From positions 3,251,012 to 3,315,011 of the forward strand of contig OZ246007.1 of assembly GCA_965230515.1 (NCBI GenBank): 64,000 nucleotides of DNA. The letters run 5' to 3'. Under the pieces are notes generated by a model. It was given only the letters and a program-made list of their open reading frames with translations, ran no database searches and had not been told where the DNA came from. This document shows positions 17,453 through 26,957 of this stretch, in pieces; position 1 is the stretch's first letter, and every line of letters begins with the position of its first letter. Source of the stretch: Pseudomonadales bacterium (GTDB lineage Bacteria > Pseudomonadota > Gammaproteobacteria > Pseudomonadales > IMCC2047). The translations under genes were made by a program, and so were the position numbers.

Positions 17453-17860
17453 ATGGTTCGTTTAGTGGGTACAGTATTAGTTATCTTGGGGTTGATTTTT
17501 CAACCGCTGATGGCTGCTATGCCTATTGAAATGGCCGATCACGGGACGGATACCATGGCAACTATTAATGTTGATGAGACAGCCCTTGTGGATGGGCATA
17601 CATACATACATGATCAAAAAGTCGGCAATAAAGCAGCTGAAGAACCCTGTCATGGGGGCGCTGCGGAAGACGGATCAACATCTGAAACTCATGACGGTTG
17701 CATCACTGTTGGAAACTGCTGTGGTGTTTGCGTGGCTTCAATTAGTCATAACCTGATTATTTCCTCTAATCCACAAATTAACATGCATATTGTTGAAAGA
17801 GCCGAACATCTTGTTCTTGGTATTCTTTCATCTATCTATCACCCTCCTAAACACGCCTAA
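17453..17860 (+). CDS. CzcI/DUF2946-like small secreted Cys/His protein (copy 4, most divergent)
   Basis: 135 aa. GGAG SD upstream, leader MVRLVGTVLVILGLIFQPLMAA, a His/Asp-rich linker, CHGG...CITVGNCCGVCV and tail SSIYHPPKHA. Confidence 0.45.
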   Translation: MVRLVGTVLVILGLIFQPLMAAMPIEMADHGTDTMATINVDETALVDGHTYIHDQKVGNKAAEEPCHGGAAEDGSTSETHDGCITVGNCCGVCVASISHNLIISSNPQINMHIVERAEHLVLGILSSIYHPPKHA

Positions 17861-18089
17861 TTTATCCGAAAAGGCGTTATTACGCCCAAAATTTCGGAAT
17901 CCCTAAACATTAATGTATTGATCTAGACCTTGTGTCTGGGTTTTAGGGCTTAGCCAAAATCCTCTGTCGTATGTAATGCGAGCGTCGTTAGCCTTTAAAC
18001 GGCCTGGTGCAAGATTAATGCAGAGATAACGAGTTGATTTTGACTAAAAATTGAGCGCCACACTTGGCGCAACACAATGGAGAGTCAAC

Positions 18090-19340
18090 ATGAATATTAA
18101 GAAGTTAGTGAAGGTTGTCACCTATGGAACTCTAGCGGCTGTTAGCACTGTGACTATAGCGGCAGAGACGGATGTAGAGGCATTAAGCAAGCGTCTCGAA
18201 ATGATGCAAAAAGAGATGGATGAACTGAAGCACCAGATACAAATGAGCGCTAGCAAAAAGGACGTTCAGGCGGTCAGGCAGGAAGTAGCCGTCGCCAGGG
18301 AATGGCGCCAACCAGATACGCTCATACACATGGCGGGTTATGCTGATGTAGGTTACGCAGATACGGAGTCGAAGGACGGTAGTTTTAATGTAGGGACATT
18401 CGCACCGATTTTCCATTATCAATATCGCGACTTAGTGATGCTGGAGTCTGAACTGGAACTTGAGGTCGGTGATGATGGCGAAACGGAAATTAATCTGGAA
18501 TACCTGACCATTGATTTAATTTTGAACGACTATATGACTTTGGTCGGTGGTAAGTTCCTCAGCCCAATTGGTCAATTTAGGCAAAACATACATCCTTCAT
18601 GGATAAACAAATTGGCTTCAGCACCGCCTGGGTTTGGCCATGATGGCGCAGCGCCGGTTTCTGACGTTGGCTTTCAACTGCGTGGTGGGTTTCCAATAGC
18701 AGGCATACGAACTAATTATGCAATTTTTGTCAGCAATGGCCCTGAATTAAAAGCTGAGATGGAGGAGGAAGAGGGCGAAATTGAGTTCGAATTGGATGGT
18801 GTAGAGGCAGAAGGCTTTGGCACAGATAGCGATGGTGAAAAAACCTTTGGCGGTCGTTTTGGAATCATCCCCTTCTCAGGTTTTGAACTTGGATTCTCAG
18901 CCGCGAGCGGTAAGGTCACAGTAACATCCATTGAGGATGGTGATAGTGAATTGCTGGAAGGTGAAGCCGCTAGGGACTACGACGTAATAGGTGCTGATTT
19001 TAGTTGGCAGTGGAACGCGTTCAGCCTGCGTGGTGAATATGTCAAAACTGAAGTAGGTGATGACAATGGCGTGGGCACCGCAGCGTCGGCTGGAGCCGAT
19101 TGGGAAACCTGGTACACACAGGCTAGCTATCAAATACCCAAAACAAAATTGGAGTTAGTGACACGCTACACGGACTTTGATTCCCCGCACGACAGCAGGG
19201 ATCAAGAGCAATGGGCGTTTGGCATTAACTATCTCTTTACCAACAATGTGATTGGTAAGCTCAGCTATGAGTTTAACGATGCATTGAATAGGGATATTGA
19301 CCAGGATCGACTGTTGATTCAAATGGCCTATGGCTTTTAA
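18090..19340 (+). CDS. outer-membrane porin-like beta-barrel with an N-terminal coiled coil and an acidic loop
   Basis: ATG 18090 lies 7 nt after GGAGA. Signal peptide, then the coiled coil EALSKRLEMMQKEMDELKHQIQ, alternating beta-strand pattern and a C-terminal aromatic ...QMAYGF. The acidic loop is EMEEEEGEIEFELDGVEAEGFGTDSDGE. Confidence 0.6.
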   Translation: MNIKKLVKVVTYGTLAAVSTVTIAAETDVEALSKRLEMMQKEMDELKHQIQMSASKKDVQAVRQEVAVAREWRQPDTLIHMAGYADVGYADTESKDGSFNVGTFAPIFHYQYRDLVMLESELELEVGDDGETEINLEYLTIDLILNDYMTLVGGKFLSPIGQFRQNIHPSWINKLASAPPGFGHDGAAPVSDVGFQLRGGFPIAGIRTNYAIFVSNGPELKAEMEEEEGEIEFELDGVEAEGFGTDSDGEKTFGGRFGIIPFSGFELGFSAASGKVTVTSIEDGDSELLEGEAARDYDVIGADFSWQWNAFSLRGEYVKTEVGDDNGVGTAASAGADWETWYTQASYQIPKTKLELVTRYTDFDSPHDSRDQEQWAFGINYLFTNNVIGKLSYEFNDALNRDIDQDRLLIQMAYGF

Positions 19341-19354
19341 TCGGGAGAACTATC

Positions 19355-19972
19355 ATGAAACACCCAGCTAAAAAATACATTTATGCGCATGGCTTAAAAA
19401 TGATTCTCTTGCTCTTGGCTGCGAGCGCGGCACAGTTTGGTTACGCGTTTGATTACCCGGAAAAAGGTGATTTCGCCAAGGGAAGCCAGGCGTGGGCAGA
19501 TAATTGCACGCGTTGCCATAACATGCGAAACCCCGCCGACCTTCGCGATGATCAATGGATTACCACGGCATTTCATATGCGGATACGTGCCGGGCTAACG
19601 GGCCAGGAGACGCGTGACATTCTTACTTTTTTGCAAGGTTCAAATACAAAACCGGAGAGTTATGAGGGCAAAGGTGAACTAGCAATTTCAGAAAGTTCCA
19701 GAGGTGCTGCTTCAGGAAAAGAAATCTATGACGGTACCTGTATTGCTTGTCATGGTGCTAACGGGAAAGGAAGCCTGCCAGGCGTACCGGATTTTACGGA
19801 TAGAAATGGCAGATTGAGCAAACCCGATGGTGAGTTGCTTACCAACATGATTAACGGATATCAAAGTAAAGGAAGCTTAATGGCAATGCCTGCAAAAGGT
19901 GGAAACCCAGCGCTTTCCCCGGCTGATATGGAATCTGTTTTGCAGTATATCAGAGACCAATTTGCCAATTAG
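19355..19972 (+). CDS. periplasmic dihaem c-type cytochrome
   Basis: 205 aa with a signal peptide and two CxxCH haem motifs (CTRCH and CIACH). Starts 14 nt after the porin gene. Confidence 0.75.
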   Translation: MKHPAKKYIYAHGLKMILLLLAASAAQFGYAFDYPEKGDFAKGSQAWADNCTRCHNMRNPADLRDDQWITTAFHMRIRAGLTGQETRDILTFLQGSNTKPESYEGKGELAISESSRGAASGKEIYDGTCIACHGANGKGSLPGVPDFTDRNGRLSKPDGELLTNMINGYQSKGSLMAMPAKGGNPALSPADMESVLQYIRDQFAN

Positions 19973-19985
19973 TGGATGCAGATAC

Positions 19986-20013
19986 GGCCCCGGATTAAAG
20001 AATATCCGGGGTC
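19986..20013 (+). terminator. possible attenuating or terminator hairpin after the cytochrome c gene
   Basis: 9-bp stem GGCCCCGGA / TCCGGGGTC (one G-T pair) with a 10-nt loop. The trailing sequence is A/T-rich but lacks a clean T-run. Confidence 0.35.
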
Positions 20014-20039
20014 ATAATTATGAGGCCTACTGATAATGA

Positions 20040-20480
20040 ATGAGGAAGATCATGGATAGTTATAGCAGTTTAGAATTGCGAGATGATCACGCAGAAACCT
20101 ATTTAGAAAATGATTGCTCTCGGAGGTTAAGAAAGATTGTCAAGTATGGTGCTGTAATTATTTTAATAGGACTTTTAGCCGGGTGCTCTGGGAATCAAAT
20201 GCTACATGAATATTTCTATAAAGGACAAGTCATCGGGATCGAAGGCGATGAAATTGTTCTCTGTATAGGCAGCCGTGATGGTGCTGAGACGGGTCAAAAT
20301 TTGAGCGTTTATAGGTATATATATGAAGGCTCAATTACGGAAGGAGAAGAAGCTTACGGTAAAGCATATATCGGTCAAATTACGGTTAATAAGATTGTCA
20401 ATACTCATTTTGCTAGAGCGAAAATTATAAGTGGAAAGATTAAAAAATATGATGTGGCTGAGCCAGTGAGAGACGATTAA
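20040..20480 (+). CDS. hypothetical lipoprotein
   Basis: 146 aa with lipobox LLAGC. The real start is uncertain, because a GGAGG at 20122-20126 suggests a later non-ATG start. No family recognised. Confidence 0.45.
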   Translation: MRKIMDSYSSLELRDDHAETYLENDCSRRLRKIVKYGAVIILIGLLAGCSGNQMLHEYFYKGQVIGIEGDEIVLCIGSRDGAETGQNLSVYRYIYEGSITEGEEAYGKAYIGQITVNKIVNTHFARAKIISGKIKKYDVAEPVRDD

Positions 20481-20499
20481 TAAGTATAAGGAGAATTGA

Positions 20500-21978
20500 A
20501 TGAACTGGAGATTAATGGGAAAAATACCGATGAATAATGCTAAGCGCAGGCGAATAAACAATAGGGTAATAGTTAGATGGACGATTGTACTACTGTTTAA
20601 CCTTTCCCCATTGGCAGTGATTGCCAATGAGATAACTACTTCGCAATCGAAGGGTATCGAACTTAAGGCGGCGGTACAGATTGCGTTAATAACAGACCCC
20701 TGGTTAGTCGGGAGTAGGCATTCTCAGGATGCGCTAGAAGCCTTGAGTACTGCGGCAGGCGCCCTGCCTGACCCAAAAGTATCGCTAGGCATTGCTAATC
20801 TGCCGACGGATACATTTGACGTACAACAGGAAGCGATGACGCAGTCCAAAATCTCTGTATCGCAACTATTTCCTCGCGGTAACAGCCGGGCGATCAAGAA
20901 AAAACAGCTGGAAGTCATGAGCACTCAATATCCCTATCAGCGCCAGGACAGGGAAGCAAAGGTTGTGACCACGGTCAGTCAGTTGTGGCTGGATGCATAC
21001 AAGGCGCAGGAGAGCATTACGCTAATTGAACAAGATCGTGCGCTGTTTGAACAGTTGGCGGATGTCGCTCAAGCGACTTACTCCTCGGCATTTGGACGGA
21101 CGCGGCAGCAAGATATCGTACGCGCCGATCTGGAACTGACCCAACTAGAAGATAGGCTAACCCTATTAAAGCAACAGCAGGAAATGTCCCAAGAGCGGCT
21201 TTCGGAATGGTTAAACGGCTATTTTGTGGATCAATATTTGAAGGATAAATCGAGCGCTGGCGGTAAGAATGTTTCTGGCATAACACTGGCTGGTAACTTA
21301 CCCGATATTGCGTTGCTTAAACCCGAACTTATCGAAAGAGTGACGGGAGTTAGCCAACGATTATTAGCTGAGAGTTTTATGGAACATCCATCCATAAAAG
21401 CTTTGGAACAAAAGATTCAGGCAACCGATATCGGAATTGAGCTGGCAAAACAAAAGTATAAACCTGAATGGAGTATTAATGCAGCTTATGGCTATCGCGA
21501 TGACGACCCATTGGGGCGCGATCGATCTGATTTGTTTTCTATTGGGATCACTTTTGATCTGCCTATATTTACTGCAAACCGGCAAGACAAAGAGTTGCGA
21601 GCAGCGACCTCCCAAGCCGAATCTGTAAAAACGGAAAAGTGGTTGTTGCTCAGAAAGTTGATGGCGTCATATGAGTCCCTCAGAGTGCAGCTTGAGCGGC
21701 TTAATGACCGTCAAAAACTCTATCGATCGGAACTGCTACCGCAAATGCACATGCAGGCTGAAGCATCACTTACCGCCTATACCAACGATGATGGTGATTT
21801 TGCAGAGGCAGTTAGAGCACGTATCGCGGTATTAAATGCGGAAATTGAAGCACTGAGTATCGAAGTAGATAGGCAAAAAGTGATTACTCAACTGAATTAC
21901 CTTTTCGTTAGTCAACAGCAGAGCGCCGAGGCAATGCTAATTGAACGTTCTATGGTGCTGAAGGGGAAAAAACAATGA
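20500..21978 (+). CDS. cusC: TolC-family outer membrane factor (CusC-like)
   Basis: 492 aa. AAGGAG SD lies 7 nt upstream. OMF two-repeat pattern, directly upstream of cusBA. Confidence 0.82.
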   Translation: MNWRLMGKIPMNNAKRRRINNRVIVRWTIVLLFNLSPLAVIANEITTSQSKGIELKAAVQIALITDPWLVGSRHSQDALEALSTAAGALPDPKVSLGIANLPTDTFDVQQEAMTQSKISVSQLFPRGNSRAIKKKQLEVMSTQYPYQRQDREAKVVTTVSQLWLDAYKAQESITLIEQDRALFEQLADVAQATYSSAFGRTRQQDIVRADLELTQLEDRLTLLKQQQEMSQERLSEWLNGYFVDQYLKDKSSAGGKNVSGITLAGNLPDIALLKPELIERVTGVSQRLLAESFMEHPSIKALEQKIQATDIGIELAKQKYKPEWSINAAYGYRDDDPLGRDRSDLFSIGITFDLPIFTANRQDKELRAATSQAESVKTEKWLLLRKLMASYESLRVQLERLNDRQKLYRSELLPQMHMQAEASLTAYTNDDGDFAEAVRARIAVLNAEIEALSIEVDRQKVITQLNYLFVSQQQSAEAMLIERSMVLKGKKQ

Positions 21979-22012
21979 ATCAGAAATTAATTTCAATCAG
22001 GGGTTATTCATA

Positions 22013-23719
22013 ATGAGTAGATCCAACATTATTACCGCAATTATTTTAGCGCTGGTTGCTGGCGGTATAGGTCATTGGCTCGGGTTGAGCCGTTCATCCA
22101 CGCCAGTAGACGGGGTGGTGCAGGAAAAGGTCCCGCTGTACTGGGTCGCGCCAATGAACCCGAATTATAAACGCGATAAACCGGGGAAATCTCCGATGGG
22201 TATGGATCTTATTCCGGTTTATGAGGAAGGTGGTGATGATGCCGGGCCAGGAGCTATAAAAATATCCCCTGATGTGGTCAACAATCTCGGCGTGAGAACC
22301 GCTGTGGTAGAGCGTAAAGCGCTTCACTCGGCAATCAAAACCGTCGGATATGTGGCATACGATGAAGACCAGCTTATTCACATTCATCCACGGATAGAGG
22401 GTTGGATTGAAAAACTGTATGTAAAGGCTGCGGGGGATCCGGTTAAGCAGGGGCAGCCCCTTTATGAAATATATTCTCCGGAGTTGGTGAATGCGCAGGA
22501 GGAACTGGTGCTGGCAATTGATCGAAAAAACCAACGCTTGATGAGAGCTGCAGAAGATCGACTCACAGCGTTACAGCTACCCAAACAGGCGATTGAAAAA
22601 CTGAAGAAAACTAAAAAAGTGCAACAAACGGTGACCTTTTTTTCACCGCAAAGTGGCGTAGTGGACAACCTGAATATTCGGGAAGGGTTTTATGTAAAAC
22701 CTGGCACCACGTTGATGTCGATAGGTACGCTTGATGAGGTCTGGGTCGAGGCTGAAGTGTTTGAGCGTCAAGCGTCGGAAGTCAAGATAGGCTTGCCCGT
22801 TACCATGTCTCTGGACTATCTGCCCGGAACCGAATGGTTGGGGGAAGTCGACTATATCTACCCAACACTGGACAGTAAAACGCGAACCGTGAAAGTTCGG
22901 TTACGTTTTGATAACAAAAGGCAGATATTAAAACCCAACATGTTTGCTCAAGTGGTGATTCACACAGAGAATTCAGAAGAAGCTTTACTTGTTCCTCGCG
23001 AGGCGGTGATTCGTACCGGGAGCAGCAATCGTGTGGTGCTTGCACTCGGCGATGGTCGCTTTAAGTCGATCGATGTCAAGGTCGGTCGATTTGATGGGTC
23101 TTCAGCTGAAATACTCGCCGGCTTGAAGGAAGGTGATCAAATTGTAAGCTCAGCGCAGTTCCTGATTGATTCCGAATCAAGCAAGACCTCTGATTTTAAA
23201 AGAATGAATCATGGTAGTGGCGATGAGGCTGTGGCAGCAAGTGTCTGGGTTGAAGCGACCATCAATAGCCTGATGGCAGGACACCGAATGGTTAATGTCA
23301 CTCACAAGGCGATAAGTGAATGGGATTGGCCTGAAATGACAATGGATTTTATCGTCACTGAAGGGGTTGATTTCTCGAGTCTTGAAAAAGGTTTGAGGTT
23401 GCATATCGAAGTGACAAAAAATGAAGATCAGTACCAAATCTCTAATGTTCATATACCGGACAGTAAAACCCCTGCACAGACTAAGAGTGAAGCGGGAATG
23501 GACCACAGCGAGCATCAGACTGCAGGCCCGGAAAATATGGACCATAGCCAACATCAGAACATGAGTCATGAAAGGATGGATTATGATCAGCATCAGTCAA
23601 TGGAGCCAGGGAGCACAGATCATAGCCAACACCAGGGTATGAATCATGATGGAATGGATCATAACCAAATGAAGAGTATGGGCCATGAAAATATGGATCA
23701 TACCCAACATAACGAATAG
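22013..23719 (+). CDS. cusB: RND periplasmic adaptor CusB-like, fused to a CusF-like domain and a Met/His repeat tail
   Basis: 568 aa with the N-terminal Met motif YWVAPMNPNYKRDKPGKSPMGMDLIPV (CusB-like), the adaptor core, then WDWPEMTMDF (CusF signature WPEMTM) and MDHSxHQ repeats. Confidence 0.85.
   Translation: MSRSNIITAIILALVAGGIGHWLGLSRSSTPVDGVVQEKVPLYWVAPMNPNYKRDKPGKSPMGMDLIPVYEEGGDDAGPGAIKISPDVVNNLGVRTAVVERKALHSAIKTVGYVAYDEDQLIHIHPRIEGWIEKLYVKAAGDPVKQGQPLYEIYSPELVNAQEELVLAIDRKNQRLMRAAEDRLTALQLPKQAIEKLKKTKKVQQTVTFFSPQSGVVDNLNIREGFYVKPGTTLMSIGTLDEVWVEAEVFERQASEVKIGLPVTMSLDYLPGTEWLGEVDYIYPTLDSKTRTVKVRLRFDNKRQILKPNMFAQVVIHTENSEEALLVPREAVIRTGSSNRVVLALGDGRFKSIDVKVGRFDGSSAEILAGLKEGDQIVSSAQFLIDSESSKTSDFKRMNHGSGDEAVAASVWVEATINSLMAGHRMVNVTHKAISEWDWPEMTMDFIVTEGVDFSSLEKGLRLHIEVTKNEDQYQISNVHIPDSKTPAQTKSEAGMDHSEHQTAGPENMDHSQHQNMSHERMDYDQHQSMEPGSTDHSQHQGMNHDGMDHNQMKSMGHENMDHTQHNE
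23498..23716 (+). repeat. in-frame degenerate tandem repeats encoding M-D-H-S-x-H-Q units (CusB C-terminal tail)
   Basis: Repeated ATGGACCA(C/T)AGC(G/C)A(G/A)CATCAG-like units. Peptide: MDHSEHQ..MDHSQHQNMSHERMDYDQHQ..TDHSQHQGMNHDGMDHNQMKSMGHENMDHTQHNE. Confidence 0.8.
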
Positions 23720-23730
23720 AAGGGAATGAG

Positions 23731-26700
23731 ATGATTGAATCTATTATTCGTTGGTCGGTTGGCAATCGCTTTTTTGTTTTGCTGGCTACATCCATTGTCG
23801 TTGGTGTGGGGCTGTTTTCACTTAGAAATACGCCGGTAGATGCGATACCTGACCTGTCTGATGTACAGGTCATTATTAAAACGACCTATCCGGGGCAAGC
23901 ACCTCAAGTGGTGGAGGATCAGGTTACCTATCCGTTGACGACAGCCATGTTGTCCGTGCCTGGCGCAGTGACGGTCCGTGGCTACTCCTTTTTTGGAGAC
24001 TCCTACGTCTATGTAATTTTTGATGAAAAAACCGATATGTATTGGGCTCGCTCGCGGGTGCTTGAATATCTGAGTCAGGTTGCGCCAACTCTTCCTCAAA
24101 ATGCCAAACCGCAATTGGGTCCGGATGCCACCGGAGTGGGTTGGGTGTATTTATACGCGCTGGTTGACAAAACCGGACAACATGATATTGGTCAGTTAAG
24201 GAGCCTACAAGACTGGTTTTTGAAGTATGAGCTGCAGACTGTGCCAGGAGTTTCTGAGGTAACAGCCCTGGGTGGCATGGTTAAACAGTATCAGGTGAAG
24301 GTGGATCCTGAAAAACTCAGGGCTTTTGGTATGCCGCTTTCTCACATCCAGATGGCCATCAAGCGGGGTAACCAGGAGATTGGTGCTTCAGTGGTAGAAA
24401 TGGCTGAAGCTGAATATATGTTACGAGCTACCGGGTATCTGCAGAGTATTCAGGAATTGGAGAATATTCCGTTGGGCGTTAATCAAAATGGAACACCCTT
24501 GTTACTGAAGGATGTAGCAGACATTGATCTCGGCCCGCAAATGCGTAGAGGGGTGGCGGAACTCAACGGCGAAGGGGAAACCGTGGGTGGTATTGTCGTC
24601 ATGCGCTTTGGTGAAAATGCACAAAAAACCATCGATGGTGTAAAAGCCAAGCTGGAACAATTGCAGCAAGGACTGCCTGAAGGCGTTGAAGTGGTGACGG
24701 TTTATGATCGTAGCGCTTTGATTGAGCGAGCAGTGAATAATTTGGCCATTAAGTTGTTAGAAGAGTTTGGGGTTGTCGCTCTCGTCTGCATGGTGTTTTT
24801 GTTCCATGTTCGTTCTTCGCTGGTGGCTATTATCAGCTTGCCTGTAGGCATTCTCACGGCATTTATCATAATGTACGCGCAAGGTCTGAACGCCAACATC
24901 ATGTCCCTTGGTGGCATTGCCATTGCTATTGGCGCCATGATTGATGGCGCCATCGTCATGATTGAAAATATGCATAAGCATATGGAGCGCACCCCCCTCA
25001 CCAAGGAAAACCGCTGGCAAATCGTTGCGGAATCAGCAAGTGAAGTGGGGCCAGCATTATTTTTTAGTTTGCTTATTATTACCGTCAGTTTTGTTCCTGT
25101 ATTTACACTAGAAGCCCAGGAAGGGCGGATGTTCTCACCACTCGCCTTCACCAAGACCTATGCGATGGCAGCATCGGCAGCTTTGGCGATCACCCTGGTG
25201 CCGATACTGATGGGTTATTTTATTCGGGGAAAAGTACTGCCTGAACATAAAAACCCGGTTAACCGATTATTAACGGTTACATATTTACCGGTGCTAAAAA
25301 CGGTTTTGAAATTCCCGAAAACAACGCTACTCGCGGCGTTATTAATACTTGCGGTTGGGTTATGGCCGCTCGATAAAATTGGCAGTGAATTTATTCCTCC
25401 GCTGGATGAGGGCGACCTGATGTATATGCCAACGACCTATCCCGGGATTTCCATCGGTAAAGCAAGGGAGTTACTGCAGCAGATGGACAAGCTGATCTAC
25501 AGCGTACCTGAAGTGAAAACGGTCTTTGGTAAGGTCGGCCGCGCGGAAACCGCAACTGATCCGGCACCGCTGACCATGGTGGAAACCTTTATTCAGCTAA
25601 AACCCAGAGACCAGTGGCGTAAAGGCCTGACCACGGAAGAGCTCATCAAAGAGCTGGATAACCTGGTGAAACTTCCCGGTGTCACCAATGCCTGGGTGAT
25701 GCCAATCAAGACTCGAATCGACATGCTGGCCACCGGGATTAAAACACCGGTCGGCATCAAGGTTGCCGGGCCTGAGCTTGGAAAAATCCAGGAAATCGGT
25801 CAGCAACTGGAACAAATCCTGAAGGAGGTCCCCGGAACAGCTTCGGTGTATGCAGAACGTGTTGCTGGAGGCCGCTATATCAAGGTGGATATACGGCGAG
25901 AAAAAGCAGCACGCTACGGCCTTAATATAGATGATGTGCAGCAGGTCGTTGCTACAGCCATTGGCGGTATGAACGTAGCGCAGACGGTGGAAGGGCTGGA
26001 ACGTTATCCCGTCAATATCCGTTATCCACAGGATTATCGGAATTCGCCCGAGCAATTATCCCTTCTTCCCATTGTTACACCCAGTGGTCACCGTATTTCG
26101 TTAGCGGATGTTGCGCATATCTTTGTTGAGGATGGCCCCCCGGCAATAAAAAGCGAAAATGCCCGGTTAAATGGGTGGGCCTATGTAGATATAGCAGATG
26201 TGGATGTCGGTAGTTACGTGGTTGAGGCGCAAAAAGTGGTCAGTGAACAACTGGATTTGCCCGCTGGGTATTCTGTCAGTTGGTCAGGACAGTACGAGTA
26301 TATGCAGCGTGCAAAAGCAAAACTCACCTATGTAGTACCACTGACGCTGGCCATCATTATTGTGCTGTTGTTTATGAATTTTGGTAACTTCATCGAAGTA
26401 GCCATCATCATGGGTACTCTGCCATTGGCGATGGTAGGCAGTATCTGGCTGATGTACCTGCAGGGGTATAACTTTTCGGTGGCGGTAAGTGTCGGGTTTA
26501 TTGCACTTGCTGGGGTCGCCGTCGAGATTGGCGTCATTATGCTGGTTTACCTCAATCAGGCGTATCGCCAAATGTTGGACGAGTGTAATGCGCAGGGAAC
26601 ATCACCAACGATCACTAAACTATCCGAAGCGGTACTTCATGGTGCGGGCATGCGGGTGCGGCCAGTCATGATGACAGCCGCTGCAATCATTGCAGGTTTA

Positions 26701-26850
26701 TTACCTATTTTGTATGGCACCGGTACTGGTTCTGAGGTGATGAGTCGCATTGCGGCACCGATGGTTGGAGGGATGGTGAGTGCGGTTCTTCTCACATTAT
26801 TGGTGGTGCCTGCCGTTTTCTTTATATGGCGACGGAGATCATTTGATTAG
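23731..26850 (+). CDS. cusA: Cu(I)/Ag(I) RND efflux pump CusA
   Basis: 1039 aa. DEGDLMYMPTTYPGIS and AWVMPIKTRIDMLATGIKTPVGIKV match remembered E. coli CusA Met-triad regions. Confidence 0.92.
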   Translation: MIESIIRWSVGNRFFVLLATSIVVGVGLFSLRNTPVDAIPDLSDVQVIIKTTYPGQAPQVVEDQVTYPLTTAMLSVPGAVTVRGYSFFGDSYVYVIFDEKTDMYWARSRVLEYLSQVAPTLPQNAKPQLGPDATGVGWVYLYALVDKTGQHDIGQLRSLQDWFLKYELQTVPGVSEVTALGGMVKQYQVKVDPEKLRAFGMPLSHIQMAIKRGNQEIGASVVEMAEAEYMLRATGYLQSIQELENIPLGVNQNGTPLLLKDVADIDLGPQMRRGVAELNGEGETVGGIVVMRFGENAQKTIDGVKAKLEQLQQGLPEGVEVVTVYDRSALIERAVNNLAIKLLEEFGVVALVCMVFLFHVRSSLVAIISLPVGILTAFIIMYAQGLNANIMSLGGIAIAIGAMIDGAIVMIENMHKHMERTPLTKENRWQIVAESASEVGPALFFSLLIITVSFVPVFTLEAQEGRMFSPLAFTKTYAMAASAALAITLVPILMGYFIRGKVLPEHKNPVNRLLTVTYLPVLKTVLKFPKTTLLAALLILAVGLWPLDKIGSEFIPPLDEGDLMYMPTTYPGISIGKARELLQQMDKLIYSVPEVKTVFGKVGRAETATDPAPLTMVETFIQLKPRDQWRKGLTTEELIKELDNLVKLPGVTNAWVMPIKTRIDMLATGIKTPVGIKVAGPELGKIQEIGQQLEQILKEVPGTASVYAERVAGGRYIKVDIRREKAARYGLNIDDVQQVVATAIGGMNVAQTVEGLERYPVNIRYPQDYRNSPEQLSLLPIVTPSGHRISLADVAHIFVEDGPPAIKSENARLNGWAYVDIADVDVGSYVVEAQKVVSEQLDLPAGYSVSWSGQYEYMQRAKAKLTYVVPLTLAIIIVLLFMNFGNFIEVAIIMGTLPLAMVGSIWLMYLQGYNFSVAVSVGFIALAGVAVEIGVIMLVYLNQAYRQMLDECNAQGTSPTITKLSEAVLHGAGMRVRPVMMTAAAIIAGLLPILYGTGTGSEVMSRIAAPMVGGMVSAVLLTLLVVPAVFFIWRRRSFD

Positions 26851-26876
26851 AGTGAAAAAGTTATATGAAAGCGGAC

Positions 26877-26907
26877 TTGACCTGTGTCTTAGACGCAGGT
26901 GTAGGCT
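26877..26907 (+). promoter_or_regulatory. MerR-type promoter/operator (19-bp spacer with a centred dyad)
   Basis: TTGACC (26877-82), a 19-bp spacer, then TAGGCT (26902-07). The dyad ACCTGTGTCT-T-AGACGCAGGT (26880-26900) matches 9/10. It lies 50 nt upstream of the MerR-family gene. Confidence 0.6.
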
Positions 26908-26957
26908 TTGGATATGCGGGATAGTCCTAGGTGTGAGTCCGAAAATGAGAGGTGTTT

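Noticed and set aside
23177-23873. Two minus-strand ORFs (138 and 130 aa) rich in His, Met and Tyr opposite the cusB tail and cusA start.
   Set aside because: This is the same ATG/CAT mirror effect over the MDHSxHQ repeat region. They are antisense to strongly supported cusB and cusA.
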